The position numbers and the translations under genes are program-made. A stretch of DNA of 64,000 nucleotides from Guillardia theta CCMP2712. Taxonomy: Eukaryota; Protista; Cryptophyta. The stretch is taken from assembly GCF_000315625.1 (NCBI RefSeq), contig NW_005434477.1, positions 17,317 through 81,316 of the forward strand, read 5' to 3'. The notes under the pieces are model-generated. The model was given only the letters and a program-made list of their open reading frames with translations, searched no databases and was not told the DNA's origin. Shown here piece by piece: positions 12,307 through 28,399 of this stretch (the first letter of the stretch is position 1; the number at the start of each line of letters is the position of its first letter).

Positions 12307-13735
12307 ATGCTTGCGAGGCTGACGGCACTCAGGACGAGGTCGTCTCCCCTTCCCTCGGCAATGGGCTTGAGGTTCGTCTCAGTTCAGGCAGCTGAGCTCC
12401 GCAAGGTAGGAAGAGGGAGAGGAGGAGGGAGAGGAGGAGGGAGAGGAGAATCGTGTGTGGAGGGTCGTTGGTGACGGGGTGGAAGGGCGAGGTGTTCGAG
12501 TTCAAGGGGAGCAAATGCACTGTTATCAAGCTGTCGAATCAAATCAACAACCGCAAGGCGTTCGTCATCGTTGAGTTTCGGCGAGTTGACATGCGGCGTC
12601 ACGGGCGATGTGACGCGCATGGCAGGGACTTGAAGTCGAAGAGCAAGAGGACGGAGACTTTCCGAGCGGAGGAGAAGGTGAGAGCAACTCGACGCTGCTG
12701 TGCTCTTGTGAGATGATGCTGACAGCTGGAGAAATGTTTCGTCGAGAAGAAAGAGCTGACATACTTGTACTCGGACAACAAGCAGCTTTACCTTCAGGTG
12801 ACCCTTCCCCCTCTATTCCTTCCTCCCTTCCCTCCTGCTCTCCCTCCTCCCTTTCCCTTCTCCTCTCCCTCCCCCCTCTCCCTCCTTGCAAAGGTCCTTC
12901 AGCTCTCCCCTCCTCGTCCCCTCACTCCATCTACTCATCCCCGCTGAATGCTGTGCCTTTCTTGTCTCGACAGGACCCGAGCACGTTCGAGGGCATTGAA
13001 GTCCCGGAGAGCATCATTGCCGAGCATCAGTTGGCTTACTTGAACGAGGGAGATAATGTACGTCCTCCTCCTCTCCCTTTCCTCCTCTCCCTTCCTTCCC
13101 CCAACTCTTTCCCCCTGTTTCTTTGCTCCTTCCCCCATCCCTCCTCCTCCGCCCGTTCTCCTCCCTCCTCCTCTCGAGCTTCTCCTCTCCCTCCGCCATC
13201 CATATTCTCTTCTCCTCATGCACCTTCCACAGGTCAAGTTGATCCTCGTGAACGAAGAACCGCTCCTGCTCGAGCTCCCTGCCAAGGCTCTCTGTGAGGT
13301 GGGGAGCAAGAAGCATGGTTTCCTGCTCTTTACAGCTCTTGGTGCAGGTTGAGAGAGTAGATGGAAAGAACGCAGTGTTGACCAACGGGAGGACGATTGC
13401 TGTGCGCCTCCTCCTCCTCCTCCTCCTCCTCCTCCTCCTCCTCCTCCTCCTCCTCCTCCTCCTCCTCCTGGCTCCTTCTCTTCCTCCCCTTCTCCTCCTT
13501 CTTGTTTTCCTCCTTGTTCTCCTTCTACTTGTTCTGCTTCTCTCCCTTCTTCACTCCTCATTCTCGTTGTCAACATACTGCTACCATGGCTTCCTTGCTG
13601 AAGATGACCGAGCAGGTGCCGTCCTACGTCAACGTCGGGACTCGTGTCTTCGTGAGAGTCTTGATATACGTAGGATGACAAGTGAAATTGCTGCAGGTGT
13701 CTACGGAGACAGAAGAGTTTCTAGGGAGAGACTGA
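12307..13735 (+). CDS. efp: Elongation factor P, mitochondrial-type, multi-exon
   Basis: Arg/Ser-rich presequence MLARLTALRTRSSPLPSAMGLRF. Then AAELRKGEVFEFKG…AFVIVEFRDLKSKSKRTETFRAEEK…KELTYLYSD…DPSTFEGIEV…YLNEGDNVKL…KNAVLTNGRTIAVPSYVNVGTRVFVSTETEEFLGRD*, matching all three EF-P domains. Confidence 0.85.
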
Positions 13736-13896
13736 GAGAGTTGAAAGGAGGATCAGTGAGAATAACTGTCTTAGATTGAAAGTTGCAGCATGTTGGAATA
13801 CATTTATCAAGCTGCCAAGCTTGCAGAACTTTCGAATCAGCGTCGTCACTCTCCCTCCTGCCTTGTCATCATGGTCATCATCCGTATCGTTGTCAA

Positions 13897-13945
<49 letters not shown>

Positions 13946-14369
13946 AGCATCTCCATCGTCATCATCATCATCGTCAACATCATCATCAACTTCTCCTCCT
14001 CCTCTTCTCCTCCTCCTCCTCCTCCTCCTCCTCCTCCATTTCCTTCTCCATCATCTCCATGATTTCCATCGTAAACATCACCCTCCCTCCCTCTCCCTCC
14101 ATCTCTCCTCCCTCCCCTCTCCCTCCCCTATACAAAAGACCCCCGTCACTATCAGCGTCCCGATGGTCCTAATAAACGGCTCGATGCGGAGGGGGAGGCG
14201 GAGGAAGGGGATGGAAGGGAGGGAGGGAGGAGAGATGGGGACGCGGAAGAGAGGGGAGGAGGAGGAGGAGGAGAGAGGAGGAGGATGAGCAAGCAAGGGA
14301 GCAGGCGCAGCAGCTGAGGAGGTTGAGGAGCTTGAGAGCTTGAGGGCGAGGGGGAAGAGAAGGAGGAGG

Positions 14370-15526
14370 ATGAAGGTATCCAGGCTCAAGCATCTCCTCA
14401 AGCATCGCATCCCGAACCCCCAGCTCTCCGACAAGCGACAACTCGAGGAGGACGTGAGTCAACATGAGCGACATGCCCAGGTGTTGACCAGCTCGCAGGA
14501 GGCCAGAGGATCAGCTTCTTCGCAGGAAAGCCCGACGTACACGAGTCAGAGGTTCTTAGGCGACGACTTGTACAGCCACCATGACGCTATGGAAGTTGTA
14601 GAGGTACAAGACACTCGTGCTCGCATACCGATGAAACATGTTTCAACAGCAACATGGTCAAGATGTCGGAGATGTCAAACTCAACAAGCCTACCAAGAAG
14701 AAACTGCTGACCAAGTTGCGAATCCCGCAGCTCAAAGGTGGATCTCTTCTCATCACTTGACTCTCTTGTCTGATGCTTCACAGAGCACTCGAACAAGCTC
14801 CAAGACTCTGATGCAGTCGCATCCTTCCTTCATACTGACCGACCGAGTCAACCAGAGCTGTACAGAGAGGCGAGGTACAGGCGGCTGGTGGTTCGAACCA
14901 GGTACCCGAGGAGGAGGCAACAAGATCTCAACAAGAGCTGCAGGAGCGACTCTCTGTCGTCGGATGTGGAGGAGCTGGAGAAGAAGGAGAAGTTCGAAGC
15001 TGTCAGAGCCAGGAGGGAGGCGGAGAAGCAGCTTGTGATCTTGCGGGACAAGCTGAGCAAGGAGCAGAGCAAGAACAAAGTCCTGCAGGAGAAGGAAACT
15101 CCTTCCTCCCTGCTGCCCCCTCCTCAACCTCCTCCCGCAGGTCTGGAGCCTCGAAGAATGTTTGAGCACCAAGGACGCGGACCTGGAGGTGAAGGATGCA
15201 GAGTGCGAACACCTGAGGTATTTTCTCTCCTCCCCTCCTCCCCTCCTCTCCTCCTCCCCTCCTCTCCTCCTCTCCTCCTCTCCTCCTCCCCTCCTCTCCT
15301 CCTCTCCTCCTATCCCCTGTAGATGCAAATCTCCTCTCTGCGCGCCAACGACACTATCAAGAAGTTGAACAAGGAGGATGTGAAGCATCTTGACTTCAAG
15401 ACGTTCCTCCGCATCATCCGCAAACTGCAGCTGGGCGGGTCGTCGGCTCCTCGCGTGAGTTTCCAGGAGCCTGACGATCAGGAGGCGCCGGCTCAAGACG
15501 ACGGCGTGTGGGATGAGTTTGTATGA
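14370..15526 (+). CDS. Hypothetical coiled-coil protein, multi-exon
   Basis: Exons ELEKKEKFEAVRARREAEKQLVILRDKLSKEQ, KDADLEVKDAECEHL and MQISSLRANDTIKKL…GVWDEFV*. 5' end uncertain. Confidence 0.5.
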
Positions 15527-15758
15527 GGGAGCGGAAGGGAGGAGAACAAGGAGAAGACACAGAGGGAGAGAGGAGGATGAAGAATCGAAAAGGAGCAAGA
15601 GGAGGAGGAGGAGGAGGAGGAGGAGTCAATGTGAATGGAGAGCACTTTTGTTCTTGTGAGATTCTTGAAATAAAATATTGAAACAATAAAATATACATTG
15701 TCATCGGTTGTGCTGCTCGTCCAGCAGCAGTCGAGGCAGAGGGCCGACTGGATTTTTC

Positions 15759-16038
15759 TCAGCTCGTCCGCCTCTTCTTCTTATCGTTGGTGACTTCCGA
15801 GATACCCGGCTGTCACCCAGCAGTCATCGACCCCTCTCACACAGCTGCTTTACCTTCACCTTCTTCAGCGACCGGTAGAGCAGCTCGCTAACGATGTCGG
15901 CTAGCTCCTCCGCTACTTCGAATGTTGGGACCGCAAGGACGCTGCACTTGCCTGCAGAGAGGTCAGCGCGGCGAAGAGGAGCAAGAGGAGGATGGGAAGG
16001 AGGACGAGAATGACGAGGAGGAGGACGAGGAGGAAGCT

Positions 16039-16069
<31 letters not shown>

Positions 16070-18055
16070 CTGTACCAGACTCGTAGACGTTGACATAGAC
16101 GTTGTCCTGCCTGCCCTCCCCAGCAGGGTCATGAATCCAGTTCTTGAGGCAGGAGATGCGGATGTAGAGCGAGAGGTTGTTGAATCGCGCCTGCAGGTGA
16201 CCCGTCACGGCCAAGAGACTTCAGCATGACCAGCTCACCGAGTTTCCCTTCTTGTTGGCAAACTGAACTCTCTGCACTCTGACGAGACGACAGACCGTCA
16301 GGCTGACCTCCTCTCAATGACGGACATACCGATCGGAGAATTCATGAGATTGCAGGAATCTGAAGAGAGCGTCCATGTTGAGCTTGATCCCAACATCTGA
16401 TCCAGCAGTCAGGCACGGAATGTCATCTTCGAGGTCTCACTCTTAAAGTTCATGTTCCAGCTTCCAAGAAGCGGCGCAGATATTATCTTGACGCAATCTA
16501 CAAACAAAGTCACTTACCGCTTCTACGTCTCCCCCCCTCCCTCCCTCTTTCATTCATTCACTCACATTCACTCACTCACTCACTGCTTTTTCTCTTTCTT
16601 CTTACCTTCTTGCAACAACTCGTCTGCGTTCTTCTTGGCAACCTTCCACAAAGTTGGCATACCTTTCTTCGCAGTCAAGAACAACAGAGTGAAAAGAAAG
16701 AGGATAACCAGAGCTCTTGCACATCTTATCGACTACTCGGATCATATCAACAGCGATTGTGTTGGCTTCGATCAGCTTATCTCTGCTTTTGCACCCGTAG
16801 GCCTGTGTTCTGCCATTGGACCAGACCCGCAGTTTGATCTCATCATCGCCCATCATCTTCATCATAAACGTGCATGAATCATACTGCTTCTTGCCATTGT
16901 GCTTCGGGTATGGATTCTTCGCTTGCACTGAAATCTGCGTGATCGTTCCCCGAGGATCATTGCAAGGCCAAGGCAGGGTGACCGCCTCCTTCACCGCAAG
17001 GATGTCAAACAGCTGGACATTCCTATCGTACATGCTCGGAAACAGCTGGCACAGACCAGTCGCAATGGCCTTGATCTCGAAAGGGTCTCGAGTAGGGAGG
17101 CTTTCGGGGTACAACGAGGTGGAGGGCCTGCAGGGATCATCTTCTTTCAGCGTCCTGCTCCTCTCTGACTTATGAGGAGCCGCTCGTTTCGTCTTTGCCG
17201 TTGTGCCGTGACGAGGCAGGGCGGCAGCACTCAGAACACTCCTGTTGCTCCCTCCTGCCATCAGGCTGAACGTCGTGATACCCGTTGGGCTCTTTGTCAT
17301 CATATGATCTGCAATATTGTAAATAGTAATATTGGTATTGTTGTTGCTGCCGCAGCCGGCGCTGATGTTGTTGTTGATGATGTTGTTGTTGCTGCTGCTT
17401 CCATCTTTGTTGCTGCTGTTGTTCGATGTGTGTATCTGTAGGGTTTGAATCTCTTTCAATCTAGATCCATTATCAATTTTTGGCTCATTTTGTTTTTGGT
17501 TTGGTCGCTGCATCCCGATATCAGGTCAGCCTCATCAAAGGATGCATTAGATTGTGTTGTAGAAAACTCAAGGTTATCAATTTGAGATTCTCCTCCCATC
17601 TCATGCTTGATAAGAGCACAGGCAGTGAGGTCATACGCCCTGCTGTCCTGACTCTCCTCCATCTCAAAGTTGTCCGCAACATTCGACGACTGGATAGCCC
17701 ACATCTCGGGGAAGTCGGCAGAGCGCAGGAAGTCTGTCTTGAGAGCCTGGGGGAGCTCAGACCCGTCAAACCCGACGAGCTTTGACTTGTCGTCCAGAGA
17801 GGAGACGCGCGAGAGAATCTCATCCCCCATCTTCTCCTGCATGTTGGCGAGCACCTGCTGGTTGATCCAGTCTTCACCCAGCGGGATGTTCTCTGAATTC
17901 AAATTCTGGTAGGTAAACTCTGGAAATCTTGAATACTCGATCGGATTTGACAATTGCTTGCTCAGATTGCCAGAAAACAAACCATTGCGATCGTCCTCCA
18001 TCATCTCAAAACCAAATCCATCACAATCATTTATCTGGTTGCTTGCTGCTACCAT
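15759..18055 (-). CDS. Divergent TATA-binding-protein-fold factor (TBP-like paralog A) with long acidic/Asn-rich N-terminus
   Basis: Repeat 1: FEIKAIATGLCQL…KKQYDSCTFMM…IKLRVWSNGRTQAYGCKSRDKLIEA. Repeat 2 after splicing: LLGSWNMNFKNVGIKLNMDALFRFL…ARFNNLSLYIRI…VNVYESGKCSVLAVPTFEVAEELA. Both parallel TBP's LIFxSGKxVxTGAKS. Ends DKKKRRTS*. Confidence 0.7.
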
Positions 18056-18499
18056 GGCAGTGGTTTTCACGACGTCTGGGGCTTTTCCGTTGTACCTACA
18101 ACGATTCAATCTTTGAGCGATCCGGCAATGCGTAAGCACAAAGCAGAGGATCCCCTGCTGTTTACCTTTGGTTTGAGAGCGTTTTATCTCTCGACATCCA
18201 AAGCTCGAGGGTCCTCTCAACCTTCATTGGAGCACTTTTGTAAGAAGAAGAATGAACGAGATCCAGTGAATATGCTCAACTGCAACTACAGGTTGTGAAG
18301 AATAGAAAAAAGCTGCCTCGTGTTTGATACTGTATAGGATAATAGATAACAAAAGAAACGGGCAGAATCGAGCCAGAATATTTGCTACGTATTAAGACGT
18401 GCATGCCCCTCTTCGATTCTACTCAAACTGCCTTTAATTTGATCCATCAATCTCTTGAAGAGAGTCAAAGGAGCATACGCTGCAACGGCATCCAACTAA

Positions 18500-19860
18500 C
18501 CCGCAACTAATCATGAAACCACCCAAGTGCTTCCCGAGTTGTGCAGCTTCTAGAACCTTTCTAACCAGCCTACCTCTCCTTGTTCGCGTCATCTGATCGC
18601 AATGGTTTCAGATCAACCCTCTCAAACACTCTCTTCCTCCTCGATTTCTGCCTCTGCGTCCCCTCGCTCCCTCCCCCCAACACCACCTTCCCCTCCACAG
18701 CCATCTTCGCGTTACCCCTGTTCCCATCCAGCTGGATCAGCACCTACCCCTGCATTCCCCACCCCCCCATTTTGCGGGTGGAGACCTTGTTAATCTCAAC
18801 ATACCACCCACTCGGCGAAGTTTCCGTTCTCTCCATTTGTACCCCTCATATTCAGATGATTTGGATCTATCATGGTGGGGTCATGCTATCACCCACTCCC
18901 CTCAATTAACCTTTGACGACGTAAAATTGAATGTCTACCCTACCCCCACCCCCCCCCACCCTCGTTCAATCTATAATTCGTTTTTGTTGACCCCCGTGCG
19001 CCTCGTATAAATATATATACCCACCCACCCCTGGAGAAAACCTCATCCCCAGCAGATGAATCCGACAGTCCCATACTATATGGACCCCTACCACCCTCTA
19101 TACCTGATTCACCACCCCTCAAGTCAGCACTCGAAACTTTATAGATCCTCGGTCAATAAACGACCATGTACCCCAACCCACCCCTTTCCCCCTATTGGAC
19201 CCCTCGCAGTACTCGCAGATAAAAAATGAAAAAAAGAAAAAAAGCCGTGACCGCGACTTCCAGAACCGAACTGATCGAGGGACCCCTACCCCATCAATTC
19301 CCTCTGAAAACTACTATCGTGTTGGGGTCATCGATGGAGTATGGTAGGGGTACGTAATCGCTTCAAGGAGGCCCCAAGGTTTATGAAATGGGTGGGTATA
19401 TGTGAGGGCAAATGGGGGTACTGGCTCCTTTTCACATGTCTCTAGCTGACATTAGGGGTAGGGGTCATACCTGCATCCCCAAGACTGCGTCGTTTCACCT
19501 AAAAAATTTATAGTTTTGAAGCCACATCCCTTTGATATCATTCCCTACTACCCTCACCCCCTCTTTTCCCATCAAATGCCCTGATTTTGAAGGGGTGGGA
19601 ACGAGTTCGTGGGTGCATTCAGCTGGATCTGTACCCCCCCCCCCATTATACCACCCTCGAAGGGGTTCAAGTCTCGTGCCCTGTGAACGCCCGTATCACG
19701 CTACTATTCACCCAGTGGAGGACCACACCATCACCCTATACAATGACCCACCCACCCCCCTCTCTCAAACAGTCATATACAATACATATTATTTAGCAAC
19801 CCCCGTGAATTCCCTTTGAGGTACCTAACCCCCCCCCCTCCGCCCCCCCGCATCGCCCCG
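18500..19860. other. Non-coding TACCCC/GGGGTA-motif-rich island upstream of TBP-like A
   Basis: Dispersed CTACCCC, GTACCCC and ACCCACCC words, with a short opposite-orientation block at ~19320-19470. No credible ORF. Confidence 0.65.
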
Positions 19861-20030
19861 GACTGAAGCTTGCCCCCGATAGGAACAAACATCCACAGGA
19901 ATCGAGAGCGCCTGAGCAGGACGAGGAGGAAGCGAGAGGACGAGAACAAAGACAAGGACAGAAAAGAGACGGAGATAGAGAAGGAGACTCCAGCTCCCTC
20001 CACACTGCAGACTTTTGTATCCGCAACACT

Positions 20031-23816
<3,786 letters not shown>

Positions 23817-24259
23817 GCTCTTGCAAAGACGCAGAGAACGAAGTCGGCTGCGGTCAGGAGTTGGAACTGTTCGTCATCGTCCGATCAGTATCAGGGATGA
23901 CTGAAGGGAATCATTCTTGTTCAGTTGATTGATGGTGACAGTTTGCTGGGAGCAAGTGTATCCGGTAGTTGTCAATGGTGACCCTCTGATATCTGTCGCA
24001 GTGAAAGATTAGAAAACACTACCATGACATCTAGAGGCACAGTGGACAAGCGTCTGAGCTCCTTGCATGACTGACTCCAAGTAGCAGCTTTTTTACCATC
24101 TACTGCAACTCTGGCAGATCTTTCGGACTGACTGCTTCACATCATGCCCTCCGATCGCCTCCTCTCGCTTCCTCACTGTCTCTCTATCTGTCCTGATCGT
24201 CTGGTCAGTTGGGTAAAAAAAAAAACACACGTCAAACCTCCTTCTCAGCCTTGGAGCAC

Positions 24260-24730
24260 TCAGTGCCGGGCCCGGACTCGGCCCGGAGCGGCTCACTGGC
24301 AAGCACTGCCACGCGGCCGGCGCCCGGCCGGCTCGGACTCTCAGTGATGCCACTGAGCCGGGAGTCGCGAGGCCCGGCCCGGCCCGGTCGCGGGGGGCCC
24401 CCGGGCGCCCGGCGGGGCGGCCCAGCGGCCCGGCGCCGCGGCGCGGCGGCGAGCCCACCGTCCTGGTACGGAGTCACGGTGACCCGGTAGTACGGCGCGC
24501 CCGGCAGTCCGATCAGTGAAAGGGGTCCCCTCCGAGGCTCTCAGTCAACTTGTCCGATGACGGAGCACTAGTTCAAGTTGTTAGACTTGTACTAGTCCAA
24601 AGTCATCATCATGTGACTGATTCAAGGGCCCCCTGAACTTGACTTGCCGCGCGCCGGGCTGACTCTGTGAGGGGCGCGGGGGGCCGGGGCCCGCGGCGGG
24701 GCCGCCCCGGAGTGGCCAGGCGGCGGCCTG
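24260..24730. promoter_or_regulatory. GC-rich CCGG/GGCC island at a divergent intergenic region
   Basis: Dense GGCCCGG, GAGTCACGGTGAC, TCAGT and TTCAAG words. Same vocabulary as 8120-8600 and 44740-45140. Confidence 0.5.
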
Positions 24731-25124
24731 AAACTTTCACAAGTTTGAGGAGCGAACTGGTAGCAACTCAAATTCAAAAGTAGAGGGCAGGCTTTAAATT
24801 CAGGTATAGCCGACTATTCAAGTTCGGTACCGACCATGATGGCTCAGCGGGGTACAAGCGCGCTTGAGGTGAGAGGGCAGAAGGCGATGAAGACAAGAGG
24901 GATGGTAGCAAGACAGTGAGGAGGAGGAAGAAGAACTCGGAAGGTTGTGCTGCAGATATCGAGAAGATGTATGATTCCACATCTGTTTTGCTTTCCAGCT
25001 AGTTTGTTCTCAAAACATAATTCAAAGTTGGGACGGGACAGCATTCAGGCATCCATTGCCAGTTGTTATCATTCTTGCATGAATGTCTGTCTCAAGTGTA
25101 ATCTCAAGGAGTTGAGGGAGAGTG

Positions 25125-25800
25125 ACACATGAAAGGAGAAAATAGACGACAAATCGAACGGAAGTGATCAATTGACTTTCATCGCCGACCTCTTCATTCA
25201 TCTTGCACAACCTTACATCAGAGCAGCTTGCAGGTTTGCGGGAACAAGCAACCTCCCTCTTGTCAAAGTCAAAAGCGCTCCTAGAAAGAGACACATTGCA
25301 GAGCTTGCAACGCCCTCAATATTACTTCCGCGAGCACGATGACTGCGGCAAGGGGAAGGGCGGCAGCAACAAGGTGAGAGAAAGAAGAAGGTGGAGGCAA
25401 CCTGATGGGCATGTCTGCCAGGATTCTCTCAGAGATCGCACACCGTTGGAGGATACTCGAGCAAGAAATTCCTCTCTCAGCTCGAGGCGTCCTCTCACCT
25501 GCAGGACCTCAGCTCCGTCATCTCCCCCGACCAAGTGGAACGAGTGGTCGACGGACGACACCGACTTGTTTCAGGGGCGAAGATCTCGACAGCGATCAAG
25601 AGCTCCTGACAGGTCCCCTGTCTCTGCTCTCAATCGTATCTCTTCTCTCTGCTATCACCTCTGTGCTGGACGTCTGACGGTGAAGCGACAAGGCCGCTGA
25701 CCCTGAGGGTTTCGACACATGACTGTCCCCGGAGGAAGAGCGGGGGGGAGTGCGGATCGAGCGCAGGTCTGCAGTGCGCGGCTGCCAGTATTTGTTCTGA
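25125..25800 (+). CDS. Hypothetical protein, multi-exon
   Basis: ORF 25203-25700 with coding-like stretches (LREQATSLLSKSKALLERDTLQSL…KWNEWSTDDTDLF) and intron-like breaks. Confidence 0.3.
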
Positions 25801-26245
25801 GACTTTCTTACAGCCTTACGACTTGATGCAAAAACACAACAGCCTTCCTTTCCTCCTGGGAACGATATGCTGCCTGAGCTACGGTCTTGCTTCTTGTGCT
25901 TGCCTGCAGGCCTCTCCTGACTTGAGAACAGGGATGTTCCCTCCGGTGAAGTTGCGAAAGAGCACGAGCGAGCTTGTGGGGGATGGTGAAGAGAAGAGCA
26001 TCATCTTCGTGTGTGTCCAACTAATCCTTCCCCCAGGTTCAAGATCCCTGACACCAAGTCCATCTTCGCTTCTTTCGATTGGCCAGAGGTCAAGGGCTGG
26101 CAGATACCTGAAATCTCTCGGAGCAGTTTCCCAGCCTTCAAAGGCCTCCAGCTGAGTTCGCTGCTTTCAGCACGACATGAAAGTGTGTGACGAGGTCAAG
26201 ATCGAGGCAGCAGCAGCTGTCTGAACCTTGAATGTAGTGCTTTAA

Positions 26246-27726
26246 TTACAACCTCCTCCCCTCAACGTCCGGCCCGCAGGTCGAGACGCCATTGACGGTC
26301 CTGCAGTCCCTGTAGTCGTAGGGAACTCTCGTGCCCAAAGACGTTGGGTCGTCTGTTCTCACATTGATCCCGTTTATACCCACCAGCTTCACATCGTAGA
26401 TCAGTTTGGCATTGGGAGGGACAGGAAGCTTCGGTACGATCTTCCCCTTAGGAACTCCTTCCCTGCCATACCCCAGGGACGGAGGGACGACTAGTCGCCT
26501 CTCCTCGCCTGCTTCAAGTCAGACTCTCTGTCTAGGAACCGAGATGCTTCACCGATACACATGCCCAGCAGACCCACTTCCCATGCTCGAGGAGCTTGAC
26601 GCTGACCCTGTCGACAACGTGTCAGCAGACCTCTCATGCACAGCTTTGAAGATACTTGGTTCAGAACGAAGTACAGTGACTGGTCACCGAAGAAATTTCC
26701 GTTCTGGTTGATGCTACTTCCATCAAAGACCTCCATCGTGTCCGCAAGATAGCCCTGCGTGCACTACATGACAACGAAGCTGTAGCGACGAGCAGAGCAG
26801 AGCAGAGCAGAGCAGAGCAGAGCAGAGCAGAGCAGAGCAGAGCAGAGCAGAGCAGAGCAGAGCAGAAAGGAGACAACAATCATCTCACCGTGTATTTCAC
26901 TTCCAAGACGTCTCCTTGCTGCGCTCTTACAGCCCCACAGTCTTCAGGCATCTTGAGCGTTTTCACCACCAACTCTTCTGAGCTCTGGACTCCAACCTGA
27001 TAGAACGCAAGTCTCGTGTCACTGACACTGAGGACAAGTTGAGAAGCCAGCAGAGGTAGAGCTGAGCAGACTCTGAGGCACCTGTGTAGAGACGGCGCCT
27101 CCTTCCTTGATGTTCAAGAGCTTCTCCTTGAAGATGAGGGGATCTCGAAACACGATCTGAAGCGCCTGGTTGTTCTCGTCGGACTTCTTCTTCTCCTCTC
27201 TCAGCAGTTTCAGCGCATCACTGGCCCTCATGCCTTCGATGTTCTTGCCGTTGATGCTCACAACCAACACCTGAGGTCGAAGTCTCTTCGCTTTCCCCAG
27301 CGTCTCCGCCTGACCTCCGGCCTTGACAGCATCGACGATGATACGAGATGATTGCTTCTCGCGCGGGACTCCCTGCGGGAATCGGACTTCTATCAAGTCC
27401 ATACCCAGAGGGCCCTGACCGAAGTCGATAGAAAACTCGTCATCTCCCAACCCTTCCCTGGCAATCGCAGCCTTGGAAAAGGCAAAGGAAGACAAGAACC
27501 AGAGGGTTGCTGGGACGAGGCCCAAGAGCGCATCCCTCCTCGGCACTCTCAAAGCACCTTCACCATGGTGCTCTCTCAAGGGCCGAATGCGTGCATATAC
27601 TTGATTGCTCTGTGTCTGCATGGGACGCGCAAAAGATCCCAAGCATGGCCGTGAAGACGAATGCAGAGACAAGGGTCCGCTGAGAGATGGCGAGCTGACA
27701 AAGGCGGCGCAAGTCAATGCCTGCAT
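26246..27726 (-). CDS. Thylakoid-lumen FKBP-type peptidyl-prolyl isomerase with N-terminal PDZ domain
   Basis: Signal end TCAA-F. Tat motif PRRDALLGL…AAIA. PDZ: GPLGMDL…[13 protein letters not shown]…[18 protein letters not shown]: [12 protein letters not shown]…FDGS…[12 protein letters not shown]…[10 protein letters not shown]…[14 protein letters not shown]. True start may lie upstream. Confidence 0.85.
26791..26866. repeat. (AGCAG)n pentanucleotide microsatellite, intronic
   Basis: About 15 perfect copies inside an FKBP intron. Confidence 0.95.
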
Positions 27727-27898
27727 GCAAGCCCGTCAGATGGAAATAATAAGCAAATAAGTCCCGTTATCTTCCTCCTCCAAAGAGGATCAAGTGGCGT
27801 GAAGATAGAGGTTATGTGCGATAGGGACAAAAATGAATTTCTCTGATCCAATCGAATTATTGCCATTTCTGCCATTTCTGCCTGCCTGCCTGCCATTT

Positions 27899-27956
<58 letters not shown>

Positions 27957-28399
27957 TGCGTCTGTAAATCCTACTTTAATCGGAGTGTAATTGCTGCCGG
28001 TCTATATGAAACATTGAATACAATCTACCCGATCCTCGCTAACGTTTCACAGATTGCTGTAATGAAGCAAGGATTCGCTCCCCTCCTTCGTCTTCTCTTC
28101 TCCAAAACCACCTCTCTCCCTCGAACCTCTTTTCAATCTTGCTTTCGTGTCTGATATCCTATCCTCTCTTCGCTCCTCCTCCTTTGACCTCCCCGCTGCC
28201 TCCGCACCTGACAATCCAAAGTCGATGCCATGCTGTGTTATATCAGCGCAAACGGTGCGGTATGAGCTCCACTCTCAGTTTACTGAGCTGACTCAAGGTT
28301 TTACGTTCCCCGACCCGGGCCGGCCCGTGAAGCGTTTTGAAAATAATCCGGAAGCATTTCAACTTTAGCACTGAAATATGATGTTGATGAGATAAGGGA

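Noticed and set aside
25808-26160. Possible small minus-strand gene with a 2OG-Fe(II) oxygenase-like 'PRRKGRLLCF' string
   Set aside because: No HxD…H triad could be assembled and the frames are inconsistent. Unsupported.
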